This document shows, piece by piece, positions 10,853 to 19,455 of a stretch of DNA of 40,010 bases. The notes under the pieces are model-generated. The model was given only the letters and a program-made list of their open reading frames with translations. It searched no databases and was not told where the DNA came from. Origin of the DNA: Kiloniellales bacterium (GTDB lineage: Bacteria > Pseudomonadota > Alphaproteobacteria > Kiloniellales > JBOHKJ01); contig JBOHKJ010000020.1 of assembly GCA_050728975.1 (NCBI GenBank), positions 1 to 40,010 of the forward strand, read 5' to 3'. Made by a program: the position numbers and the translations under genes. Positions within the stretch are counted from its first letter, which is position 1. Every line of letters begins with the position of its first letter.

Positions 10853-11872
10853 TCAAGCGCTGAGCCGGAGCGCTTGGGTGGCCGGGGCCTCGGCCTCGAT
10901 TCCCTGCGCGAAAAGGCTCCCGCTGGCGGGCTCCCCCAGCATGACCAGGCGGCTGGCCTCGTTGCGGATCGGGGGCTCGAACCAAGCGAGGTCCATTCCC
11001 GAGCTGGCGATCGAATCGGCCAGTGCCGCAGCACGGTCGCGGCTGCCGGCGCCTCGCGGCCGGGCTCGGTAGGGCAGCTTCTGCCAGTGATTAGCGGCAC
11101 AGACCGGGGCCTCCAGAACATAGGCGGCGGTTTCGCCTCGCTCGATGACGCATCCCTCGCCTTCGCGGGGGCCGGCCAGGAGAAAGATCGCCGGCAGCGC
11201 GATCGGCGTCTCGACCAGGCGCCGCTTGGCGTCGGCGTAGCTGGCGGCCTGCTCGAAGGTCTGGCGCAGCAGGTGAGCCGGCGGCAGCGCCCGGCGGCGC
11301 CAGACCTTTACCCGGTTGATCGCCCAGTCGAGGGTCAGAAAGGGGGTGGCGCTCGCCATCGGCGCCTGGTTGAAGGCGGCGGCGAAGCGCCCCGGGGCCA
11401 GGCCCTGGATCGCTCCAGCGAAGCCGGGCCAGGTGAGATTGATCCACTCGCCCGCGTGGCCGCGCTGGCGCGCCGCGACCAGATGGCGGCCGAGGCCGTC
11501 GAGCGGCCAGTCCAGCACCCGGACGAGGCGCATGCCGCCGCCGGGCGCGGCGACGACCCCGCTCGAGCAGCCCCATTCGTAGCTGACGTTGAGAAATCGG
11601 ACTCCCGGGGTGCCGAGCGCCAGGGCCACCTCTTCGATCTCGCGGCGATATGGACTTGACGAGCAGGCTAGCCAGCGCGCCGAGAGCGCGTCGAAGAGTC
11701 CGATCAGCGACGGCCCATAACGTTCGGTGCCGGCGGCAAGCAGCGCGCGGGCGCGCTCGGGCTCGCGCGCCAGGAGCGCGGGCGCGCCGGCCTCCCCAAT
11801 GTCGTGCAGCGGGATCGCCGGCAACGGCGAAGGTCGGGTGCTGTCGGGGCTCATGAGCGGGCAAGATGGCAT
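10853..11872 (-). CDS. Ntn-hydrolase of the acid ceramidase / N-acylethanolamine acid amidase (NAAA) type, with no signal peptide
   Basis: 339 aa. By-eye alignment to the recalled human acid ceramidase beta-subunit gives four matching blocks. [25 protein letters not shown] matches [43 protein letters not shown] matches [68 protein letters not shown] matches [52 protein letters not shown] matches VQTNYDRW. Start choice (MPSCPL or MSPDS) is uncertain. Confidence 0.6.
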   Translation of the reverse strand: MPSCPLMSPDSTRPSPLPAIPLHDIGEAGAPALLAREPERARALLAAGTERYGPSLIGLFDALSARWLACSSSPYRREIEEVALALGTPGVRFLNVSYEWGCSSGVVAAPGGGMRLVRVLDWPLDGLGRHLVAARQRGHAGEWINLTWPGFAGAIQGLAPGRFAAAFNQAPMASATPFLTLDWAINRVKVWRRRALPPAHLLRQTFEQAASYADAKRRLVETPIALPAIFLLAGPREGEGCVIERGETAAYVLEAPVCAANHWQKLPYRARPRGAGSRDRAAALADSIASSGMDLAWFEPPIRNEASRLVMLGEPASGSLFAQGIEAEAPATQALRLSA

Positions 11873-12006
11873 CGGAGGTAAGCCGCGCCAAGGGCGAGGA
11901 CCGATGGCCTCCCTTTCCTTGCAAGGCTCGCGACCTTCGGGCTACTGTCCGCCCGCCTCGAAAAGGCCGGCCCTTGCCCACCAGCGGCGAGCCCGCCGGT
12001 CGGGCC

Positions 12007-12096
12007 GGAGGGGTGCCGGAGCGGTCGAACGGGGCGGTCTCGAAAACCGTTGTGCGCGCGAGCGTACCGTGGGTTCGAATCCCACCCCCTCCGCCA
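12007..12096 (+). tRNA. tRNA-Ser (anticodon CGA), CCA encoded
   Basis: Hand-folded cloverleaf. Acceptor stem GGAGGGG/CCCCTCC. Anticodon stem GCGGT/ACCGT with loop CU-CGA-AA. Long variable arm GTGCGC-GCGA-GCGTAC, typical of Ser. T arm GTGGG-TTCGAAT-CCCAC. Discriminator G followed by CCA. Confidence 0.9.
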
Positions 12097-12168
12097 TTCT
12101 GCGTCTTCGGCTTCGTGCTTCGGCGTGACTATCGCCCGCGAACATGCAGGCGATAGGCCCTCAGGTCG

Positions 12169-13092
12169 CTACAGATAGCGCTGCAGGGCGGGGAGCGCCT
12201 GTTCGACGGCAGTCCGCCCTTCGGCGATCGTATCCTTGGCGCGATCGAACTCCAGCAATCCGACGTTGCGCAATCTCGGCAGCAGCATCACGTGCGGGGG
12301 CTCGCCGGCGAGGCGGGTGCGCGTGATCTGGTCCTGCATGATGTTGATCGAATTGGCGAGAACGTCGAAGTAGCCGGGCGTCGTCGGTCCGCGCCGCAGC
12401 AGCTTCGGCGCTATGAGCGAGGCCTGAACCCGAAGCCCGGCCGGCACCTGTTGCAGCAGGCGGCCGAGGAATTCGCCCGGGGAGCGCTTCGTCCCCTGTC
12501 TGATGTGCTCGCTGCTATCGCTCTCGAACCGCCGGCCAAGCAGCTCGCCGTTGAGATTGACCGCGATGACGACATCTGCCCCCAAGGCGCGGCAGGCCGA
12601 CACCGGCACGGGGTTGACCAGCCCTCCGTCCAGCAGCCACCTGTCGCCAAGCCTGGCAGGGCTGATCAGGCCGGGAAGCGCGATCGAGGCACGGACGGCC
12701 TGGTCGATCGGCCCCTTTTGCAGCCAGACCTCGCGCCCGCTCACGAGATCGGTGGCGATCGCCGCGAACGCCTTGGGATAGCCCTCGATAGGGCCGGCAA
12801 TCTTCAGGACGCGCAGAAAGTCGACAATCCGCTTGCCGTCGATCAGCCCGCCGCCCGAAATGCGGATGTCCAGCAGGCCGACGATGCCGCGCCAAGTCAC
12901 GGCCTCGGCCCAATCCTTCAACGCCGCGAGCCGGCCGGCTACGTAGGCTGCGCCCACCAGGGCCCCGATCGAGGACCCGCACACGATGTCCGGCTCGATG
13001 CCGGCCTCGGCGAGCGATTCGAGGACCCCGATGTGCGACCAGCCGCGCGCCGATCCGCTTCCGAGCGCAAGGCCGATCCGGGGGCGGCTCAT
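12169..13092 (-). CDS. Patatin-like phospholipase (RssA-like)
   Basis: 307 aa. It has the oxyanion motif GLALGSGSARG, the nucleophile elbow GSSIG (GxSxG) and a later DGG (Asp of the Ser-Asp dyad) in WLLDGGLVNPVP. Confidence 0.9.
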   Translation of the reverse strand: MSRPRIGLALGSGSARGWSHIGVLESLAEAGIEPDIVCGSSIGALVGAAYVAGRLAALKDWAEAVTWRGIVGLLDIRISGGGLIDGKRIVDFLRVLKIAGPIEGYPKAFAAIATDLVSGREVWLQKGPIDQAVRASIALPGLISPARLGDRWLLDGGLVNPVPVSACRALGADVVIAVNLNGELLGRRFESDSSEHIRQGTKRSPGEFLGRLLQQVPAGLRVQASLIAPKLLRRGPTTPGYFDVLANSINIMQDQITRTRLAGEPPHVMLLPRLRNVGLLEFDRAKDTIAEGRTAVEQALPALQRYL

Positions 13093-13233
13093 CGGGCGTC
13101 TTCCTCAGATCTCTCAATTGCACGATCTCGACGGGAATAGAGATACTATAGCAAGGGTCGACCAGTCGTCGCCGGGGCTTCGAAGGTCGGGCGCAACCCC
13201 TGTCGCAGCCGTTACGAAAACGCTAGATTTGCG

Positions 13234-14328
13234 GTGATTGCCATGCCGACCGGTGACGTGCATTTCCCTCGTCGCCTGTATAGGGCTCGCAAGCTTGCGC
13301 TGCCCCTGGCTGTGGTCTTGCCCCTCGCTGCCGCGATTCCCGCCGCTGCCGATCCCGATCTTGCGTTCCCCTGGCCCGACGACGCGGTGGCCGAGGCTCC
13401 TGCCGGCACGCCGGTCTCTTTTCCGAGCCACAGCCCCTTTACCCTTTGGGATGCCGGCAATGGGTCCGACGAAGATCCACCGATCGATGCGCAAGGCACG
13501 CTGTTCCTGCCGCCCGAGGCAACGGCCAATGACCCGGTGCCTGCGGTCGTGCTGCTGCATGGCGCATCGGGCGTGCAGTCGGCTCGCGAGCTCACTTACG
13601 GACGCCAGTTCGCCGGGCACGGTGTGGCGGCGCTGGTGATCGATGTCTTCGGCCCGCGCCGCAAACGCGGGAGCGGGTTCGTCGAGCGCCTGCTGAACAT
13701 CACCGAAGCCATGTTTCTCGCCGACGCCTTTTCGGCCCTACGGTTCCTTGCCGCGCGGCCAGAGATAGACGGCGCGCGGGTGGCGCTGATCGGCTTCTCC
13801 TATGGCGGCATGGCAGCCACCTATGCCGCCTATGCTCAGGTCGCCGAGACCTTTGCGCGGAACGGCGAGCGCTTCATCGCTCATGTCGCCTTCTACGCGC
13901 CCTGCATCGCCGAGTTCGAGGACGGACGTGCGACCGGCGCTCCGCTGCTGATGCTCTTCGGCGGCCGCGACGCGATCGTCGATCCGAAACGCTGCGCAGG
14001 GGTGGCCGAGCAGCTTCGTGAAGGCGGCAGTACGGCTGAAACCATCGTCTATCCGGACGCTGTCCATCAGTGGGACGGACGTTTCGGCGCCGAGCGCGAG
14101 ATCGGCCGCAATCTCGCCGACTGCCGCTTCGTCGTGGAGCGCGACGGGACGGTGCGCGAACGGCAGCTCTGGGTGCCGATGAGCAGCCCCTTCTTGCGCA
14201 AGATGATGCTGGGACTCTGCGCCGACAGCGAGGGTTACCTCATCGGTCGCAATGACGAGATCCGCACCCGCTCCAACCGCGATATGGGCGCCTTTCTCGC
14301 GCGCGCCTTCAAAAGACCCAGCGGCTAG
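13234..14328 (+). CDS. Secreted alpha/beta hydrolase of the dienelactone hydrolase family
   Basis: 364 aa. The signal peptide is RRLYRARKLALPLAVVLPLAAAIPAAA. It has VVLLHGASG, the nucleophile elbow GFSYGG, the acid residue in LFGGRDAIVD, and His in DAVHQWD. The start may be GTG 13234 or ATG 13243. Confidence 0.8.
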   Translation: MIAMPTGDVHFPRRLYRARKLALPLAVVLPLAAAIPAAADPDLAFPWPDDAVAEAPAGTPVSFPSHSPFTLWDAGNGSDEDPPIDAQGTLFLPPEATANDPVPAVVLLHGASGVQSARELTYGRQFAGHGVAALVIDVFGPRRKRGSGFVERLLNITEAMFLADAFSALRFLAARPEIDGARVALIGFSYGGMAATYAAYAQVAETFARNGERFIAHVAFYAPCIAEFEDGRATGAPLLMLFGGRDAIVDPKRCAGVAEQLREGGSTAETIVYPDAVHQWDGRFGAEREIGRNLADCRFVVERDGTVRERQLWVPMSSPFLRKMMLGLCADSEGYLIGRNDEIRTRSNRDMGAFLARAFKRPSG

Positions 14329-14331
14329 CCG

Positions 14332-15348
14332 ATGCACCTGGAATCGGTGCGCAGCCTGAAGGAGGAGATTCGGCAAAGAATTCTCGGTCCCCTCATCGAA
14401 GCCGGTCGGAGCCCGAGGACGCGGCGCTCGCGCGGCAGCTCGATTGCCCTTGCCGCCGGCGCTCGCCCCAAGACCCGGGAGTGTCAGCGCCTTCTCTCGA
14501 TCGGCGTCGCTCCGGCCGGACGGAAGAGCGTCCGCCTGGCGGTCCGCGTGCAGCGGCGTGCCCTCCTGGAAAGTCCCGCAGTGGAGCGAATCGTTGCGCT
14601 GGCCCGCAACGAGGTCGACCTGCGCTACGTCGGTCGCATTCAAAAGCGCGCATCGGTTCCCTGGTACCAGAAGCGGCAGCGGCCGCTGCGCATCGGATGC
14701 TCTATCGGGCATTTCGAGATCACAGCGGGAACGCTCGGATGTTTCGTGACCAAGGACGAGCGGTCGATGGTCCTGTCGAACAACCACGTTCTGGCGAACG
14801 AGAATAACGGCAGCCCGGGCGATGCGATTCTCCAACCTGGTAGCTACGATGGCGGAAAGCGGTCGAGCGACACCGTCGGGATTTTGGCCGAATTCGTGCC
14901 GCTGCGTCCGCGCGCGACAAACCTCGTAGACGCGGCGATCGCCGACTTGCGGCCGCGGATCGGAATCAGGCCGGGCCCGATCCAGGGGCTGGGGGGTCTC
15001 GCCGGCGTCGCGCCGCCGCTCGACGGTGCAGGCGCGCGTGTTGCCAAGCTCGGGCGCACGACCGGGCTGACCCACGGCCGGGTGACCGCCTTCGAGCTGG
15101 ATGACGTGGTCGTAGCCTACGAGGCAGGGAATCTCACGTTCGACGATCAGATCGAGATCGAGGGTCAGGGCTTCGGCCCCTTCAGCGACGGCGGCGACAG
15201 CGGCTCGCTGATCGTGAACCGGCGCGTGCAGGGAATTGCGCTGTTGTTTGCCGGAAGTGACCAGGGCGGCAGGAACGGCGCCGGCTTGACTTACGCCAAC
15301 CCGCTGCCAACTGTACTGGATGCCTTGGGTGTCGAGCTTCTCTTTTGA
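14332..15348 (+). CDS. Chymotrypsin-fold (PA clan, S1-like) serine protease with an N-terminal domain of about 115 aa and no signal peptide
   Basis: 338 aa. The triad is in H-D-S order: LSNNHVLAN (His), NLVDAAIADL (Asp), SDGGDSGSLIV (Ser). A Gly-rich substrate-pocket segment follows (ALLFAGSDQGG). The ATG lies 4 nt after the DLH stop, which implies co-transcription. Confidence 0.75.
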   Translation: MHLESVRSLKEEIRQRILGPLIEAGRSPRTRRSRGSSIALAAGARPKTRECQRLLSIGVAPAGRKSVRLAVRVQRRALLESPAVERIVALARNEVDLRYVGRIQKRASVPWYQKRQRPLRIGCSIGHFEITAGTLGCFVTKDERSMVLSNNHVLANENNGSPGDAILQPGSYDGGKRSSDTVGILAEFVPLRPRATNLVDAAIADLRPRIGIRPGPIQGLGGLAGVAPPLDGAGARVAKLGRTTGLTHGRVTAFELDDVVVAYEAGNLTFDDQIEIEGQGFGPFSDGGDSGSLIVNRRVQGIALLFAGSDQGGRNGAGLTYANPLPTVLDALGVELLF

Positions 15349-15358
15349 CCGACCGTAG

Positions 15359-15598
15359 GTGGACCCTTCTCCGATGAGCGCAACCGTCGAGCAGGCTCGT
15401 GCGGCCAAGGCCAAGCTGAAGGAGCGGCTGAAGGATCGCGTCGATGTCGTCGGGATCGGCATCGGCCGCGAGAGCGCCTCCTATTGCGTGAAGGTGAACC
15501 TCGGCGCGGAAGCGAGCGGCGATCTACCGCAGGAAGTGGATGGCGTCGCAATCCGTTACGAGGTGGTCGGCGCGATTCGATCGCGGACAGCCGGCTGA
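15359..15598 (+). CDS. Small hypothetical protein (74-79 aa) resembling the N-terminal domain of the upstream S1 protease
   Basis: MDPSPMSATVEQARAAKAKLKERLKDRVDVVGIGIGRESASYCVKVNLGAEASGDLPQEVDGVAIRYEVVGAIRSRTAG. It begins 10 nt after the protease stop. Three segments parallel protease residues 6-105: a helix (KAKLKERL vs LKEEIRQRIL), VVGIGIG...YCVKVNL vs LLSIGVA...VRLAVRVQ, and AIRYEVVGAIRSR vs DLRYVGRIQKR. The start may be GTG 15359 or ATG 15374. Confidence 0.5.
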   Translation: MDPSPMSATVEQARAAKAKLKERLKDRVDVVGIGIGRESASYCVKVNLGAEASGDLPQEVDGVAIRYEVVGAIRSRTAG

Positions 15599-15611
15599 CT
15601 TTCCGTCCTGC

Positions 15612-16940
15612 TTACGGACCGCCGTCCAGCAGCTGCGGCAGGAACAGCGTTACTGCCGGAACTGCGATCAGCAGGACGATCCTGATTGCGTCGGCAATCA
15701 GGAAGGGAACCACGCCGACGAAGGTTTCCTTCATGCTGATGTCGGGCGCCAGCGAGTTGATGACGAAGACGTTGAGGCCGACCGGCGGCGTGATCAGCCC
15801 GACCTCGACTACCACCAGCACCAAAATGCCGAACCAGACCCGGACATCGTCCATGGGCATCTGGAAGTCGAGCCCGGCGACGATCGGCCAGAACACCGGT
15901 ACCGTCAGCAGGATCATCGCCAGGCTGTCCATGACGCAGCCCAGCGCCAGGTAGATCAGGATCATCAGCAGCAACACCGCCATCGGCGACAATCCGCTCT
16001 GGTCTATCACCTCGGCGAGCTCGAGCGGCATGCGTGAGAGCCCGAGGAAAGCGCTGAAAAAATCGGCGCCTAGCAGGATCATGAAGATCATCGCGCTGGT
16101 CACCGCGGTGCCGCGCAGACATTCATTGAAATCGGAGAGGCTGAGGCCGCCCTTGAGAAGCGCAATGAGGCCAGTGCCGAGCGCGCCGACCGCGGCACCT
16201 TCGGTCGGCGTGAAGATGCCGGCATAGATGCCGCCGATCACCAAGGTGAAGATCAGCAGAACCGGCCAGATGTCGAGCAGCGCGCGCCGTCGCTCGCCGG
16301 AGGTTGCCCGGCGGCCGACCGGCCCGGCCTCCGGCCAGACTCGGACATAGATGGAGATCGCCGCCATGTAGCCCAAGGCGGCCAGGATCCCCGGGATCAG
16401 CGCAGCCTGGAACATGGTGACGATGTTCGCCTCGACCGCGATGGCATAGATTACCAGCACCACCGAAGGTGGAATGAGGATGCCGAGCGTGCCGCCGGCC
16501 GCCAGCGTGCCGGTCGCCAGCGCGCCGGAGTAGCGGTAGCGCTTGAGCTCCGGCAATGCGACCTGGGTCATGGTAGCGGCGGTGGCGAGCGAGGAGCCGC
16601 AGATCGCACCGAAACCGGCGCAGCCGCCGATCGCCGCCATGGCGACACCGCCGCGCCGATGGCCGAGGAAAGCGTTGGCGGTTTGGAACAAGGCCTGGCT
16701 CAAGCCCGCCTTGCTGGCGAACTGTCCCATCAGGATGAACATCGGCACGATCGAGAGGTCGTAGCTGGCGAAGGTCCAATAGGCACTGGTCTTGGCGTAG
16801 TTGAGCAGCGGGGCCAGCCCCGACAGGCTGATGTAGCCGCCGATGCCGACCGCCATCATGGCGACGGCCACCGGCACCCGTACGACGAGCAGCAGCAGCA
16901 TGACCGCGATTCCGGTCAGCGCGATCGCGAAGCTGCTCAT
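15612..16940 (-). CDS. dctM: TRAP transporter large permease subunit
   Basis: 442 aa polytopic membrane protein with typical DctM sequence (GIGGYISL..., GFGAICGSSLATAATM, FGILVLVVVEVGLITPPVGLNVFV). It has a 4-nt overlap with dctQ. Confidence 0.93.
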   Translation of the reverse strand: MSSFAIALTGIAVMLLLLVVRVPVAVAMMAVGIGGYISLSGLAPLLNYAKTSAYWTFASYDLSIVPMFILMGQFASKAGLSQALFQTANAFLGHRRGGVAMAAIGGCAGFGAICGSSLATAATMTQVALPELKRYRYSGALATGTLAAGGTLGILIPPSVVLVIYAIAVEANIVTMFQAALIPGILAALGYMAAISIYVRVWPEAGPVGRRATSGERRRALLDIWPVLLIFTLVIGGIYAGIFTPTEGAAVGALGTGLIALLKGGLSLSDFNECLRGTAVTSAMIFMILLGADFFSAFLGLSRMPLELAEVIDQSGLSPMAVLLLMILIYLALGCVMDSLAMILLTVPVFWPIVAGLDFQMPMDDVRVWFGILVLVVVEVGLITPPVGLNVFVINSLAPDISMKETFVGVVPFLIADAIRIVLLIAVPAVTLFLPQLLDGGP

Positions 16941-17455
16941 CTGCGCAGGCTCAGGACGTCGCGTGCCGCGGTGTAGAGGCAGGAGAGGCTCAGCAGGGCC
17001 AAGGAAAAGACCGCGACGGGAAAGACCGGCCAGACCGGAATGCCGAGGATCAGCGTGGTTTCATGGTAATGGTGCATGTCGAAACCGCCCAGCACCATGC
17101 GCCAGGCGAGCGCGCCCGCGATGGTGCCGAGAACGAGCGCGCCTACGATGTCGAAGAAGACCTGCACCCGGCGCGGCGCGCCCGAGAGGAAGAGGTCGAC
17201 GATGACGTTGCCGCGCACCAGGTGGCAGTAGGGCAGGAACAGGAAGACCGCGATCGCGGTCCCCATCGCCACCATTTCGAAGTCGCCCGGGATCGGCGTC
17301 AGGAACAGCCAGCGTCCCAGCACGCTCGCGACCACCATAATGGAAATGGCGACCATCAGCAGGCCGCCGGCTATCGAGAGCTGGTGCGCGGCAGCGAAAA
17401 TCGCCCGGCCGACCGGATCGTCCGGCCGGGCGCTGTCGTTTGTGTCGGTCGTCAT
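16937..17455 (-). CDS. dctQ: TRAP transporter small permease subunit
   Basis: 172 aa four-helix membrane protein located between dctP and dctM (RGNVIVDLF motif). Confidence 0.85.
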   Translation of the reverse strand: MTTDTNDSARPDDPVGRAIFAAAHQLSIAGGLLMVAISIMVVASVLGRWLFLTPIPGDFEMVAMGTAIAVFLFLPYCHLVRGNVIVDLFLSGAPRRVQVFFDIVGALVLGTIAGALAWRMVLGGFDMHHYHETTLILGIPVWPVFPVAVFSLALLSLSCLYTAARDVLSLRR

Positions 17456-17492
17456 CTCGCCGTCGGCGACCTGCAGGGAAGAAGCGTTAGCG

Positions 17493-18530
17493 CTATTGGC
17501 TGTGCTTTACGAGCAGCCCACGGGCTTCGTCGAGCAGGGCTTGACCGTCGAGTCCGAGGTCGTTCATCTCCTTCACCCAGCGATCGGCGACCGGCTTCTC
17601 CGTCATCTCCCGCAGCTTGGCGACCTCTTCGGGAGCCATATGGATGATCTCGCCCTTCTCGGCGGAGGCCTTGTAGCCGGGCTCCTCGGTCGAGGTCCAG
17701 ACCTCGCCCATCCATTCGGCGATGTTGGCGCCGGAGTTGTCGTCGATCACTTTCTTGAGGTCGGCCGGCAGCGATTCGTAGCGCGCCTTGTTCATGGCGA
17801 TCACGAAGGTCGAGGTGTTGACTCGCTCGAAGTCCGGGTCGTCCAGGTCGGTATGGTACTTGGCCAGCTCGTCGACCTTGAGCGATTGCACCACCTCGTA
17901 GGGAATCATCACCGCATCCACGACCCGCTTGGACAGCATCTCCGGAATCTGCGGCACCGGGGCGCCGACGGGCACTGCGCCCATGGCTTCGATCATCCAG
18001 CCGCCGGTGCGGGTCGGCGTACGTATCTTCATGCCCTGAAGGTCCTCGACCGTGCGGATCGGCACCACCGAGTGGAACAGCTGGCCGGCATGAACGTGGA
18101 GGCCGATCAGGTGATAGTCGGCGAAGTCCTCGCCGTGGTTTTGCGCGAACTCCCACAGTGCCTTGTTGGTGGTCACTGCGTTGGTGTGCATGAACGGCAA
18201 CTCGAACACTTCCGTGCGGGGGAAGCGGCCGGGTGTGTAGCCGGGTAGCGTCCAGACGATGTCGACCACTCCATCGCGCACCTGATCGACCAGCTGCGGC
18301 GGCTTTCCGCCGAGCTGCATCGCCGGATAAATCTCGATCTCTATCCGGCCGCCCGATTCCTTCTCTACCTTTTCGGCCCAGGGGACCAGCATCTTGGTGT
18401 GCGCCGGAGCGACCGGCGGCAGCAGGTGGTGGAGCTTCAGCGTCACCTCCTGCGCTTGTGTCGGCGTGCTGGCGACCGCGATCGCCAACAGCGCGCTCGA
18501 GAAGGCGCCGAACAGAGTTTTCTCGATCAT
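17493..18530 (-). CDS. dctP: TRAP transporter substrate-binding protein (DctP family)
   Basis: 345 aa. It has a signal peptide followed by a DctP-type fold (LKLHHLLPP...HTKMLVPWAEKVEKESGGRIEIEIYPAMQLGG...). GGAGGAAAG lies upstream of the ATG. Confidence 0.92.
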   Translation of the reverse strand: MIEKTLFGAFSSALLAIAVASTPTQAQEVTLKLHHLLPPVAPAHTKMLVPWAEKVEKESGGRIEIEIYPAMQLGGKPPQLVDQVRDGVVDIVWTLPGYTPGRFPRTEVFELPFMHTNAVTTNKALWEFAQNHGEDFADYHLIGLHVHAGQLFHSVVPIRTVEDLQGMKIRTPTRTGGWMIEAMGAVPVGAPVPQIPEMLSKRVVDAVMIPYEVVQSLKVDELAKYHTDLDDPDFERVNTSTFVIAMNKARYESLPADLKKVIDDNSGANIAEWMGEVWTSTEEPGYKASAEKGEIIHMAPEEVAKLREMTEKPVADRWVKEMNDLGLDGQALLDEARGLLVKHSQ

Positions 18531-18672
18531 TCTTTCCTCCCTAGGTTCTTCTTATGCGATCGGTCGCAGCCGATGTCGACCGTCGTCGTTTCGGTATCCT
18601 GAAGTTTCGTCTGGATCTCGGCTCCAACTTTTGCCCCTGAGCGGCGCACCCGGTCGCCGTCGAGGGAGAATA

Positions 18673-19437
18673 TTACGCCGCCACACCGTAGAGCGCGAGG
18701 TCGGCAGCGCAGGCAGCTTGCTTCAATCGCTCCAGTGCTCTCTGCAAAAATGCATCGGTCATGCGCGACTCTGGACCGAAAACCGACAAGCCGGCAAGCA
18801 TGCGCCCGTTGCGCGCCGTCACCGGAACGGCAAGCGCCCGCAGCCCATCTTCGCGCTCGCCCTCGTTGACGGCGTGGCCACGGCGCCGCACCTCTGCGAT
18901 CTCGGCGCGCAGCGCCTCGGCATCGGTGATGGTGCGCGGGCTGAGGCGCGTCAAGGAAACGCCTTCCAGGTAGCGCTCCAGCTCGGCGTCGCCGAGAGCA
19001 GCGAGCCACAGCTTGCCGTGTGCGGTGCAGTAAGCCTCCATTCTGGCGCCGACGCGGACGTCGACGAAAACCTCGCGGTCCGAGTGTGCACAGGCAAGGC
19101 AGACGATTACGTCAGTCTCGAAGACCGTGGCCATCACCGATTCCCGCAGCTCCTTCGCCGCCTGGCGGATGATCGGCTCCAGCACCTGGGCCAGCATGCG
19201 CTGGCCGGTGACGCGCTCGGCCAAGTCCACGAAAACGAAGCTCAAGCGATAGCTGCCCTTGGTGACGCGAACCAGCGCGCCGGCGCGCTCGAGCGTCCGC
19301 AGGTAGCGATGGGCGGTGATGCCATTGAGGCCGAGCTCGTCGGCCAGCGTTTTGGCAGTGATCTCGCTGCGCCGTTCCGAGAACACCCGGAGGATCGAAA
19401 AGGCCTTTAAAATCGACGAGTTGAGCTGTATCGACAC
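18673..19437 (-). CDS. IclR family transcriptional regulator
   Basis: 254 aa. It has an N-terminal wHTH (LKAFSILRVFSERRSEITAKTLADELGLNGITAHRYLRTLERAGAL) and a C-terminal IclR effector domain (GHAVNEGEREDGLRALAVPV). Confidence 0.92.
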   Translation of the reverse strand: MSIQLNSSILKAFSILRVFSERRSEITAKTLADELGLNGITAHRYLRTLERAGALVRVTKGSYRLSFVFVDLAERVTGQRMLAQVLEPIIRQAAKELRESVMATVFETDVIVCLACAHSDREVFVDVRVGARMEAYCTAHGKLWLAALGDAELERYLEGVSLTRLSPRTITDAEALRAEIAEVRRRGHAVNEGEREDGLRALAVPVTARNGRMLAGLSVFGPESRMTDAFLQRALERLKQAACAADLALYGVAA

Positions 19438-19455
19438 GGCTTGGTGTCCTTCTGG

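Noticed and set aside
9917-11659. 580-aa plus-strand ORF spanning rpmA, rplU and the ceramidase-like gene
   Set aside because: It is antisense to ribosomal protein genes whose translations are canonical, and its sequence is Leu/Arg/Gly-rich low complexity.
12129-12156. Hairpin CTATCGCC-N12-GGCGATAG between tRNA-Ser and the convergent patatin gene, considered as a bidirectional terminator
   Set aside because: The stem is short (8 bp), the loop is large (12 nt), and no U-tract follows on either strand. This is not enough to call a terminator.
13738-15462. 574-aa minus-strand ORF across the DLH/protease operon
   Set aside because: It is antisense to two ORFs with intact catalytic triads and has Arg/Ala/Pro-biased composition with no motifs. 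It is an antisense artefact.
12007-15598. Possibility that tRNA-Ser marks a genomic island carrying the patatin/DLH/protease genes
   Set aside because: There is no integrase, transposase or phage gene. I found no direct repeat of the tRNA 3-prime end downstream. The genes show no visible drop in GC or change in codon style. A formal repeat search with the tRNA 3-prime 20-mer would be needed to exclude it fully.
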